Virus record (IMG/VR): IMGVR_UViG_3300025110_000022 | Span: 1-49,528 of that record | DNA length: 49,528 nucleotides | From: a virus | Lineage: Duplodnaviria > Caudoviricetes | Reading direction: 5' to 3' (one strand) | Shown: in pieces, positions 1 to 7,470 of the stretch | Numbering within the stretch: position 1 is the stretch's first letter | Layout: each line of letters starts with the position of its first letter | The notes under the pieces: generated by a model | The model's input: only the letters and a program-made list of their open reading frames with translations | Database searches by the model: none | What the model was told of the DNA's origin: nothing | Program-made: the position numbers and the translations under genes

Positions 1-177
1 ATCTACATTATTTCCTGTGATACTAAATGAAGATCCGATTCTGTTCATTTGTGTTGCAGCAGAATTGACTGTTAGCTGAACACTAGAAGTCATTCTTGAT
101 GTGATATCAGCCTTAGCTGACGGTGCTACCAACGCACCTGTCATCAATAACATAGCAAAAGGTAACAGTCTTTTCAT
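1..177 (-). CDS. Partial (3' end beyond window) signal-peptide protein, paralog of 30731..31288
   Basis: Manual translation from ATG at 177: MKRLLPFAMLLMTGALVAPSAKADITSRMTSSVQLTVNSAATQMNRIGSSFSITGNNVD, open to the window edge. It aligns with KADIVHRISASTQLTVDAAASNAQRIGSSYTVQGTNI of 30731..31288. Confidence 0.8.
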   Translation of the reverse strand, partial: MKRLLPFAMLLMTGALVAPSAKADITSRMTSSVQLTVNSAATQMNRIGSSFSITGNNVD

Positions 178-241
178 TCCTTGAGACACTAAACCTATCT
201 CTATATATACAGCAAAAATACTTAAAAAATTATTAATTTCA

Positions 242-275
242 TTGACAAAAACTTAACAAAAGTATATAATAAATA
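242..275 (+). promoter_or_regulatory. psbA promoter: consensus sigma70 promoter overlapping a T4-type late promoter
   Basis: TTGACA(242-247)-N17-TATAAT(265-270), with overlapping AATAAATA (268-275). Confidence 0.85.
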
Positions 276-339
276 ACTTGGGTGGCAAGGACTTGTTCCC
301 CCTATTCAGTGGTCCCTCACAGGAATACTCCACCCTATT

Positions 340-380
340 AATACCCCAAACCGAGACCAAGGGGATTATGTCTCTCATCT
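340..380 (+). ncRNA. Structured psbA 5'UTR element, probably the PhotoRC-II RNA motif
   Basis: CCCC(344-347)/GGGG(361-364) and GAGAC(353-357)/GTCTC(370-374) can form an H-type pseudoknot. PhotoRC-II motifs are known upstream of cyanophage psbA. Confidence 0.6.
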
Positions 381-407
381 TACAAGTAAAAAACGCTCTA
401 TTAACAA

Positions 408-1490
408 ATGACTACTCTTCAAAAGAGAGACAGTTCGTTGTTAGCAGGCTGGCCTCAGTTTACTGAGTGGGTTACATCAACAAACAACAGAATCTATGTT
501 GGTTGGTTTGGTGTTCTAATGATCCCTTGCTTGCTAGCTGCTACAACATGTTTCATAATTGCTTTCATCGCTGCTCCACCTGTGGACATTGATGGAATCA
601 GAGAACCAGTTGCTGGTTCATTCTTATATGGTAACAACATCATCTCTGGTGCTGTTGTTCCTTCTTCCAATGCTATTGGACTTCACTTCTATCCCATATG
701 GGAAGCTGCTAATTTAGACGAGTGGCTTTATAACGGTGGTCCTTATCAGTTGGTTATCTTCCACTTCCTCATAGGTATCTCAGCATACATGGGAAGACAG
801 TGGGAATTGTCCTATCGTTTGGGTATGCGCCCTTGGATCTGTGTTGCTTATTCTGCACCAGTCTCAGCTGCCTTTGCAGTCTTCTTGGTCTATCCTTTCG
901 GACAAGGATCATTCTCTGACGGTATGCCGTTGGGAATCTCAGGGACATTCAACTTTATGTTTGTCTTCCAAGCGGAACATAATATCCTCATGCATCCATT
1001 CCACATGCTCGGTGTGGCTGGTATGTTTGGAGGTGCTTTGTTCAGTGCTATGCATGGTTCCTTGGTCACCAGTTCGCTCATCCGTGAGACTACTGGATTA
1101 GATTCACAGAACTATGGTTATAAGTTCGGACAAGAAGAAGAAACTTATAACATTGTTGCTGCTCATGGATACTTTGGTAGACTTATCTTCCAGTATGCAT
1201 CATTCAACAATTCTCGTTCACTTCACTTCTTCCTTGCATCATGGCCAGTTGTTTGCATCTGGTTAACCTCTATGGGTATATGCACAATGGCATTCAACTT
1301 GAATGGATTCAACTTCAACCAGTCGGTTGTTGATGCATCTGGTAAGGTTGTTCCTACATGGGGAGATGTTCTTAACAGAGCAAACTTAGGTATGGAAGTA
1401 ATGCATGAAAGAAATGCACATAACTTCCCATTAGACCTTGCTGCTGCAGAGACTAGTGAAGTTGCTCTTGTTGCTCCTACAATAGGTTAA
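408..1490 (+). CDS. psbA: Photosystem II D1 protein
   Basis: Unmistakable D1 sequence ([37 protein letters not shown]); 360 aa, no intron. Confidence 0.99.
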   Translation: MTTLQKRDSSLLAGWPQFTEWVTSTNNRIYVGWFGVLMIPCLLAATTCFIIAFIAAPPVDIDGIREPVAGSFLYGNNIISGAVVPSSNAIGLHFYPIWEAANLDEWLYNGGPYQLVIFHFLIGISAYMGRQWELSYRLGMRPWICVAYSAPVSAAFAVFLVYPFGQGSFSDGMPLGISGTFNFMFVFQAEHNILMHPFHMLGVAGMFGGALFSAMHGSLVTSSLIRETTGLDSQNYGYKFGQEEETYNIVAAHGYFGRLIFQYASFNNSRSLHFFLASWPVVCIWLTSMGICTMAFNLNGFNFNQSVVDASGKVVPTWGDVLNRANLGMEVMHERNAHNFPLDLAAAETSEVALVAPTIG

Positions 1491-1621
1491 TGAAAATCAA
1501 GCCTCTCAAACATGTTAGATTGCATCAGATGAAATTCTTCTGGTGGGATCCTAAAGATGATCCGAGAGAACCTGAATATTGGCAAGACTCTCCTTCGGGA
1601 GGGTCTTTTTTTATGTTCTGA
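1490..1621 (+). CDS. Small 43-aa ORF coupled to psbA ([31 protein letters not shown]...)
   Basis: TAATG stop/start overlap with psbA; the 3' end runs through the terminator hairpin. Confidence 0.45.
   Translation: MKIKPLKHVRLHQMKFFWWDPKDDPREPEYWQDSPSGGSFFMF
1584..1612 (+). terminator. Rho-independent terminator after psbA
   Basis: AAGACTCTCC-TTCG-GGAGGGTCTT hairpin with a cUUCGg tetraloop, followed by a T-tract. Confidence 0.9.
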
Positions 1622-1642
1622 TAAATATTTCAAAAAAAGAAT

Positions 1643-3097
1643 ATGGCTGGAAAAACTGCATTAACCCAAGCAAGACTTCAAGATTCTATTAACGAACTTG
1701 TAGTAAAGGAAAAGTTGGATGGGGAAAATAGTGAAGGTAATAGAATGATGTCATCTGCTGGATATAGTTTAGGTGTAAATGTTGAGTATACTTATGATGT
1801 AGATCAAAAAAAGATTGATAAGATGGTTAGGGCAATAGATAAAAAATATGGAATTCTTGAGAGTGATGATGTTAAAAGACATTATGTAGTTGGAAGGGGA
1901 TCGGGAACTAAAAAAAGACTTAGATTTCATCAACAAAAGAAAGGATCAGGACGTGTTAAAACGGCAATGCAAGAAAAAGGAACCACAATAATATTAGAGA
2001 ATGTATTAAATGGTAATGCGGATTTTAAGAAAGAAACCGATATTATGAAGCATACAAAAACTGCCAGAGAATTGAAGGAAGCTTTTAAGGGAGTTGAGCA
2101 TCTTTTGGATAACTGGATTTGGACTTTCTTTCAACAGCAAGAACAATTTATACATGAATATTCCAAATCGAGTTGGTCTACTTTTGATTATGGTAATGAT
2201 AGTTTTGTTGAATTCTTTGAAAAGGAAATTCTGCCATTTGTAAGTAGAAGTGGTGGTGGAAAAGCAGACGCAGGAAAATATACAGCTTGGAATCCAGCAG
2301 ATATTTGGGCAGTTAGAAATAAGAGTGCAGTTCAGAAAAAGATAAAAGATGCAATGGGTGATGGTAAGAAACCAAAACCTCAAAGTTTACTTGAGATCAA
2401 CACTATATTGGTTAAGTTGATGGAGAAGGAAGACCTTGTTGGTATATCTCTTAAGATGATAAAATATAAAAATAATGCTCATGTTCGTTTATTTAATGTC
2501 GAGAAGTCAGCTGCACTAAAAAAACTTAAATCCTTTATTCCTCTTGAAGAATACACTATGAAGGATATTCATTTTGAACCTGATAATATTATCAATCTTA
2601 AAGCTGTTACAACCTACGTTAATTATAAAAGTAAAGATTTTAGTATTAACATCACTAGGTCAAATAATAATATGAGTTTTAATACTCAAATTAAAGGTGC
2701 TGCTGCTCAAGGAGGACAAACACCTATTGCTATGGTGATGGATATGTTAAAGAATCCACCTAATTGGAAAAGATTTGCAACAGATTATCCTCAAGACCGT
2801 AAAAAATTTAATACAAAAGCACTTACTTATAAACCAATGTGGGAATTTGTATCAAAACATTGTAAAACTAAAACAAAGATGACATGGGAAAAGTGGGTGA
2901 CTGAAATGAACGTTCTTTATGTTGAAGATGAAAGAGATGCTAAAGTAACATTGATGCAGTTAGCATTTTGGTATGATGCTATTACAAAGTTTGGTAAAGA
3001 TAACAAAGACTCTTCAGAGTTTTGGACAGACATGTTGTACTTTGGTATGAAGGTAACAATGAAAGGACAGTTTGCTCCACATGCTAAGATCTCATGA
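1643..3097 (+). CDS. Hypothetical protein, putative PD-(D/E)xK-type (restriction-like) nuclease
   Basis: 484-aa Lys-rich ORF. WNPADIWAV...LVGISLK resembles the PD...(S)xK nuclease motif. Late-promoter-like ATAAATA at 1621-1627. Confidence 0.5.
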   Translation: MAGKTALTQARLQDSINELVVKEKLDGENSEGNRMMSSAGYSLGVNVEYTYDVDQKKIDKMVRAIDKKYGILESDDVKRHYVVGRGSGTKKRLRFHQQKKGSGRVKTAMQEKGTTIILENVLNGNADFKKETDIMKHTKTARELKEAFKGVEHLLDNWIWTFFQQQEQFIHEYSKSSWSTFDYGNDSFVEFFEKEILPFVSRSGGGKADAGKYTAWNPADIWAVRNKSAVQKKIKDAMGDGKKPKPQSLLEINTILVKLMEKEDLVGISLKMIKYKNNAHVRLFNVEKSAALKKLKSFIPLEEYTMKDIHFEPDNIINLKAVTTYVNYKSKDFSINITRSNNNMSFNTQIKGAAAQGGQTPIAMVMDMLKNPPNWKRFATDYPQDRKKFNTKALTYKPMWEFVSKHCKTKTKMTWEKWVTEMNVLYVEDERDAKVTLMQLAFWYDAITKFGKDNKDSSEFWTDMLYFGMKVTMKGQFAPHAKIS

Positions 3098-3324
3098 TGG
3101 ATTTGGATGAGCAGGTATCATTGGGGCATCTCCTGTTGCAGGATAGAAGGTGTAAGAAGTGTGGAGAGATAAAGAATCTTATTGATGGTTTCTATAGGAC
3201 TAGAAAGGATAGAGGGACTCTTCCATCGTCATATTCGTATGAGTGTAAAGTGTGTACAGTAAGAAGAATTGTTTCAACTCGGAAAAAAATTGACCCAGTG
3301 GGGTGGACATATCCCGATTGGTAG
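3094..3324 (+). CDS. Small Cys4 zinc-finger protein resembling the N-terminal domain of EndoVII-type homing endonucleases
   Basis: CKKC-x(n)-FY...YECKVC; no HNH catalytic domain. Confidence 0.65.
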   Translation: MMDLDEQVSLGHLLLQDRRCKKCGEIKNLIDGFYRTRKDRGTLPSSYSYECKVCTVRRIVSTRKKIDPVGWTYPDW

Positions 3325-3437
3325 TGTTATACTCTGAGGGAAGTTTAAAAATTGCTATGATGTACTTCATTGGGGTGCTTATGGTACTTACCATATGTGC
3401 GTTTGTTTATTACCTGGGACTCTATAATCCTCATTAA
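3324..3437 (+). CDS. Putative small single-TM membrane peptide
   Basis: GTG overlapping the upstream TAG (alternative ATG at 3357); hydrophobic stretch MMYFIGVLMVLTICAFVYYLGL. Confidence 0.4.
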   Translation: MLYSEGSLKIAMMYFIGVLMVLTICAFVYYLGLYNPH

Positions 3438-3468
3438 TTATACATAACATTTGTAACATTATTATTAA

Positions 3469-3663
3469 ATGAAAGATCAGAACACAATTGGCAATGAAGA
3501 ATCTCAAGAGCAGAAATGGAATCGTGGATTAGATTTGTATATCGAATCCGTACATAAACCAGACAATGCTCTACGTGCATGTGCTCACAATCAAAAATGT
3601 TTCAATGAACTGATGTCCGTGAGAGACACAGTACTAGTTTACTTACAAACCCTACGCAAATAG
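3469..3663 (+). CDS. Hypothetical cyanophage protein
   Basis: 64-aa ORF in the gene-dense + strand run. Confidence 0.7.
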   Translation: MKDQNTIGNEESQEQKWNRGLDLYIESVHKPDNALRACAHNQKCFNELMSVRDTVLVYLQTLRK

Positions 3664-3665
3664 AA

Positions 3666-3920
3666 ATGTCACAGCTACAAAACTTCGCAGTCTATTCTAA
3701 AGACGGTTGCCCTTATTGCGATAAGGTGGTACAGTTATTAGAGTTCACTGAATTAAGACACGTGGTGTACAAACTGGGTACTAATTTTACTAAGGAGGCA
3801 TTCTATGAAGAGTATGGAGAAGGTGCTACCTTTCCTCAAGTAACATTTAATGGAACAAAGGTTGGTGGGTGTACTGATACAATTAAATTTTTACGTGAGC
3901 AAAAACATCTAGAAAACTAA
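3666..3920 (+). CDS. nrdC: Glutaredoxin (NrdC-like)
   Basis: CPYC active site, TFPQV and GGCTD motifs. Confidence 0.93.
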   Translation: MSQLQNFAVYSKDGCPYCDKVVQLLEFTELRHVVYKLGTNFTKEAFYEEYGEGATFPQVTFNGTKVGGCTDTIKFLREQKHLEN

Positions 3921-4258
3921 TGGACATTTACATTGCTGTCGATAAAGCAATAGATGAAGTCTTTGAAAATGATCGTTATGTTTTAAACCTCTATCAATTC
4001 GCTAAGGGATTAAAACTAAAGCGTCGTGATATGACTGAATTTATTCACAGTTCTACTACTAAAGAATTGAGTGATTTAATTACTGAACTTGATTCATATA
4101 TTAAAGGAGGACGTGACAGAGAACATCAACAATTACGTGAGGCCTATGGTCATATACCAAAACCAAAGGCCCGTAAAATTAGAAAGTATTTGGTTACTAT
4201 GTTAGAGGATGCAGTTCGTTATGAACAAGAAAAAAGACCAGGAAGAAAAAAAGCCTAA
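3920..4258 (+). CDS. Hypothetical cyanophage protein
   Basis: TAATG coupling; LREAYGHIPKPKARKIR motif. Confidence 0.75.
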   Translation: MDIYIAVDKAIDEVFENDRYVLNLYQFAKGLKLKRRDMTEFIHSSTTKELSDLITELDSYIKGGRDREHQQLREAYGHIPKPKARKIRKYLVTMLEDAVRYEQEKRPGRKKA

Positions 4259-4286
4259 ATTAGAAATAAATAAAGGCGTGGAGTTA

Positions 4287-4424
4287 ATGCTCCGCAATAA
4301 ACAGATTAAGGGGAGAGAACCAAGATCAATTCAATTTATTTTTGGACAGATGGTTTCTCTCTTCAAGAGAGAACTTCACATCTACATTGAATTTTCCTTA
4401 GACATTAAAAGGAAACCACCATAA
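4287..4424 (+). CDS. Small hypothetical protein
   Basis: ATG 4287 preceded by GGAG; the ORF track extends it upstream to 4209. Confidence 0.5.
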   Translation: MLRNKQIKGREPRSIQFIFGQMVSLFKRELHIYIEFSLDIKRKPP

Positions 4425-4435
4425 CTCAAAGGAGG

Positions 4436-4729
4436 ATGATGAACGAGACTCTTATAGTCACCTTGACTTTTGCTACTATAAGTAGTATACTTTCTTTATT
4501 AGTTGGATTTGGAATCGGATGGTTAGCACAATCACATGCTATCAAGTCTAATCCTTATCACCGTGACAATCTACATCCTGAGATGTATGACCAACATGGG
4601 AATGTTATTCCCGATGAAATTTTCGCACTAAGATTTGAAAATGCCGACAACATCAAACGCCCTGGGACAGGGGGAGACTTCGGAGAAGGTTACTCTAGCG
4701 AGTGGATCGAAGAAGAAGAGGACGACTAA
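4436..4729 (+). CDS. Hypothetical membrane protein
   Basis: AGGAGG SD, N-terminal TM helix, HPEMYD motif, acidic tail. Confidence 0.75.
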   Translation: MMNETLIVTLTFATISSILSLLVGFGIGWLAQSHAIKSNPYHRDNLHPEMYDQHGNVIPDEIFALRFENADNIKRPGTGGDFGEGYSSEWIEEEEDD

Positions 4730-5231
4730 GGCTAAGAAACCTCTTCCTAAAGTAAAACTTCCACCTAATCCTTTCCAGTCAGAGATTCTTGACTTGGTTA
4801 ATGGTACAAGAGGTAGACAGAAGAAAATTGATCTTCTTAGAGAACATCGTAATGATGCACTAGTTTCTCTTATGATTTGGAACTTTGATGATACTGTTCA
4901 GTCTGCTTTACCAGGAGGAGAGGTTCCATTCAAACCTAACGATGCTCCTGCAGGTACTGAGCATACGTCTCTAAGGCAGGAACAACGTCATTTCTATAAC
5001 TTTATACAAGGAGGCAATCCAGCGCTCTCTAAGACTCGTAGAGAGTCTATCTTCATACAGATTCTTGAGACACTTCATCCAGAAGAAGCACACATACTAA
5101 TCCTTGTAAAGGATCATAGATTGGTGGCAAAGTATCCTACATTATCACAAGACCTTATTGCTGAGGCTTATACTGACATTGAATGGGGTGGTAGAGGTGG
5201 TACTAAGTATGAGGTAGGTGTTGTAAATTGA
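4641..5231 (+). CDS. Conserved T4-like phage hypothetical protein
   Basis: WNFD...LPGGEVP and RRESIFIQILETLHPEEA motifs, typical of a conserved T4-like core hypothetical. ATG 4641 is preferred over TTG 4635. Confidence 0.75.
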   Translation: MPTTSNALGQGETSEKVTLASGSKKKRTTKAKKPLPKVKLPPNPFQSEILDLVNGTRGRQKKIDLLREHRNDALVSLMIWNFDDTVQSALPGGEVPFKPNDAPAGTEHTSLRQEQRHFYNFIQGGNPALSKTRRESIFIQILETLHPEEAHILILVKDHRLVAKYPTLSQDLIAEAYTDIEWGGRGGTKYEVGVVN

Positions 5232-5533
5232 ATACCAATTACACTCCTTCTATATCAATTATTCATCAGAATTGTAAACCTGATGAAGATAATAATTCTA
5301 AGTTGCCATACACTGCATACCTTACTTGGTATAAAGTTGATGATGCCATTCAATATGATATTGCAATGGCAGATAAGACTTCTGAATTATTTGATTATTA
5401 CTATGACAATTACCAAAAGAATTTCATAGGTATGGAACAGTCTAAAGGAATGGTTGCTCCAAACCGTTGGAATGTTCAAGTAACACCACCTAAAAAAAGA
5501 AAAAAGAGACGGAGGGAACCAAGAGATGAATGA
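5228..5533 (+). CDS. Hypothetical protein
   Basis: Coupled ORF; LFDYYYD motif. Confidence 0.7.
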   Translation: MNTNYTPSISIIHQNCKPDEDNNSKLPYTAYLTWYKVDDAIQYDIAMADKTSELFDYYYDNYQKNFIGMEQSKGMVAPNRWNVQVTPPKKRKKRRREPRDE

Positions 5534-5789
5534 AGAAGAATTAAGAGCACAGATTGAGTCTGTCATCCGTGATGAAATTCAAGAAGGGATTAATGATTAC
5601 ATAGATGACACAGAGAAGTCTGCTGCTGAAGGTTTTGGTATCACTAAACATGGTAATGAAAAACTTAAGGTTAAGGTGTCCAAGGATGAAGTTGATAAAC
5701 TCATTAAAGAATATAAGAAACTCAAGAAGAAAGAGAAGTCTAATTTAAATCAAGTAAAGTTACTTGATAAATATGGAAAACCATTATGA
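5526..5789 (+). CDS. Hypothetical protein
   Basis: Coupled 87-aa ORF with GGAGG SD. Confidence 0.7.
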   Translation: MNEEELRAQIESVIRDEIQEGINDYIDDTEKSAAEGFGITKHGNEKLKVKVSKDEVDKLIKEYKKLKKKEKSNLNQVKLLDKYGKPL

Positions 5790-5792
5790 TTT

Positions 5793-6083
5793 ATGACTGA
5801 AAAGATTGATACCCAAGGGATGAGTCTTCCGTCTAACAATAAGAATTGGAAAATTCAACCACACAAACCTCTGTTGATTGAACCTCGCAGGTTACATACT
5901 CCAGAGATGGTTAAAGAGTTGAAGATATTAATGAATGAGGTATTGGATGAACGTGAGTATAAAAAACAATTGGCAGGAGCATATGATAATGTGAAACCAT
6001 TACCTCCATCATATTTTGATACTAAAAATTTTAAGCATCGTGTTGATGAAGAAGAACCACCCTACCAAGATTGGAGTCAATGA
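5793..6083 (+). CDS. Hypothetical protein
   Basis: 96-aa ORF in the operon. Confidence 0.7.
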   Translation: MTEKIDTQGMSLPSNNKNWKIQPHKPLLIEPRRLHTPEMVKELKILMNEVLDEREYKKQLAGAYDNVKPLPPSYFDTKNFKHRVDEEEPPYQDWSQ

Positions 6084-6262
6084 AATTATCACAAGAAGTT
6101 ATTGATCAAATCCAAGAGGCCATGAACCACACCAAAATGAATGGTGATGAGAATTGGAAAGATGGAGATGAACTTGAAGTATGTTTAGCAGGAACTTTTG
6201 CTGCTGACAAGTTTATTACGATTATTAATCGACGTACAAACCCCCGCCCTCAAGCAAAATGA
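6080..6262 (+). CDS. Hypothetical protein
   Basis: ATGA overlap with the upstream stop; GGAG SD. Confidence 0.7.
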   Translation: MKLSQEVIDQIQEAMNHTKMNGDENWKDGDELEVCLAGTFAADKFITIINRRTNPRPQAK

Positions 6263-6801
6263 GACTTGGTGTTATGTGTTCTGGCAACGGAACAAACTTC
6301 GAGAACATCCTTCGCACCTGTAATAAGGATGAAGTTGTGTTAATGATACATAACAAAAAGAAATGTGGTGCAATTAAAAGAGCAGAAAAGTTTGGCATAA
6401 ACCATTGCTATGTTAATGCCAAAGAAGAAGATCATATGATAAAACTATTTGAGACATGGAGAGTTGATCTCATAGTCCTTGCTGGATATATGAGAGTGAT
6501 TAAAAATCCTGCTGCTTTCCCTGCTCCTATCATCAATGTACATCCATCATTACTACCTAAGTATAAAGGATTGAGTGCAGTTGAACAGGCAATGGAAGCA
6601 GGTGAGAATGTCACTGGGTGCTCAGTTCATTATGTCAATGAAGAATTGGATGGAGGTGAAGTAATAATGCAAGGAGAAGTTCCTATACTACCAGAAGATA
6701 CAGTGGAATCATTGACCAAGGCTATTCAAAGAAAAGAATATGCCATACTACCAGCAGCAATTGAACATGTTAAGCACAAAGTACAGACTTCAACTCACTG
6801 A
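6259..6801 (+). CDS. purN: Phosphoribosylglycinamide formyltransferase
   Basis: SGNGTNF, LAGYMR, NVHPSLLP and GCSVHYVNEELDGG motifs. Confidence 0.95.
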   Translation: MRLGVMCSGNGTNFENILRTCNKDEVVLMIHNKKKCGAIKRAEKFGINHCYVNAKEEDHMIKLFETWRVDLIVLAGYMRVIKNPAAFPAPIINVHPSLLPKYKGLSAVEQAMEAGENVTGCSVHYVNEELDGGEVIMQGEVPILPEDTVESLTKAIQRKEYAILPAAIEHVKHKVQTSTH

Positions 6802-6928
6802 TATCCTATGCAGGATTATCACAACTGATGGTGTTCCTGTTACACTAGAAGAACGTGTATGGATGAATAAGTTGATTGAACACAACGCATCAGCACGGTC
6901 TATCCATGATGAAATGTTAAAAGAATAG
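6767..6928 (+). CDS. Small hypothetical protein
   Basis: MLSTKYRLQLTDILCRI... overlapping the end of purN. Confidence 0.6.
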   Translation: MLSTKYRLQLTDILCRIITTDGVPVTLEERVWMNKLIEHNASARSIHDEMLKE

Positions 6929-6933
6929 AAAAC

Positions 6934-6949
6934 TGTATCGTATGTTACA
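6934..6949 (+). promoter_or_regulatory. NtcA-binding box
   Basis: TGTA-TCGTATGT-TACA matches the NtcA consensus TGTA-N8-TACA; intergenic, just upstream of a -35 box. Confidence 0.7.
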
Positions 6950-6956
6950 AACCTAC

Positions 6957-6985
6957 TTGACTATATAGTATTACTGTGTTAGTAT
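6957..6985 (+). promoter_or_regulatory. sigma70-type early promoter
   Basis: TTGACT(6957-6962)-N17-TAGTAT(6980-6985) with an extended -10 TG. Confidence 0.7.
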
Positions 6986-6993
6986 TAACACAA

Positions 6994-7217
6994 CGTTCGA
7001 CCCTTAGGGGTTGCAAGTAAGTCGCGGAACGGAGCGTTCATCCCATGATACCTCTTCTAGCATCTACTGTTTTACTCACCTGTGATTATTCAAAGGAACT
7101 TATATCTAATATAAGACCTTCGTTACTTTCAGATGAGGTGATGACTGAAGTTATTCAGTCTATCAAAGACAGTAGTGAGAAGAACTGTGATTGGGACGCA
7201 AACGACTGAAGGAACGG
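6994..7217 (+). ncRNA. Tandem glutamine riboswitch-like RNA (glnA / Downstream-peptide class)
   Basis: Two units CGTTC-P2-GCAA...GGAACG (6994-7031; 7035-7216) with AGTA and GAAG E-loop-type strands, upstream of a YRG-motif peptide gene. Confidence 0.75.
7045..7209 (+). CDS. 54-aa ORF embedded in the second aptamer (MIPLLASTVLLTCDYSKEL...KNCDWDAND)
   Basis: ATG directly follows the P2 5' strand TCCC; GGAG SD at 7031-7034; open to TGA 7207-7209; two Cys and a hydrophobic N-terminus. Confidence 0.7.
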   Translation: MIPLLASTVLLTCDYSKELISNIRPSLLSDEVMTEVIQSIKDSSEKNCDWDAND

Positions 7218-7250
7218 ATTAAAAACCCTACTACTTCAGGAGTAAAACTA

Positions 7251-7391
7251 ATGGCGAAAGTCACCTATCGGGGTGTCGAGTACGACACTTCAGAGTACAA
7301 CAAAAAAGTACTTAATGAAGCTCAACAGCATCGTAACCATGATTTAATGTATCGTGGACTTAAAGTTTCTAAGAAACTTGCTGCTGTATAA
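7251..7391 (+). CDS. DUF4278-type small protein (two YRG motifs)
   Basis: MAKVTYRGVEY...LMYRGLKV; AGGAG SD at 7238-7242. Confidence 0.85.
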   Translation: MAKVTYRGVEYDTSEYNKKVLNEAQQHRNHDLMYRGLKVSKKLAAV

Positions 7392-7412
7392 CATCTGACT
7401 TACAGATACGCT

Positions 7413-7440
7413 AAAGGGGGCTTGCAGGCCCCCTTTTTTT
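7413..7440 (+). terminator. Rho-independent terminator overlapping a putative downstream promoter
   Basis: AAAGGGGGC-TTGCAG-GCCCCC-T7; TTGCAG(7422-7427)-N17-TAATAT(7445-7450). Confidence 0.85.
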
Positions 7441-7470
7441 GTGCTAATATATGTTAGTGATAAATACCAT

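Noticed and set aside
278-466. 62-aa ORF overlapping the psbA start
   Set aside because: TTG start essentially at the predicted TSS; it spans the structured 5'UTR and shows no protein-like features.
408-1490. Group I intron in psbA
   Set aside because: The D1 frame is continuous at full length (360 aa).
7191-7250. N-terminal extension of the DUF4278-type ORF in the ORF track
   Set aside because: The TTG lies inside the aptamer; ATG 7251 has a clear AGGAG SD.
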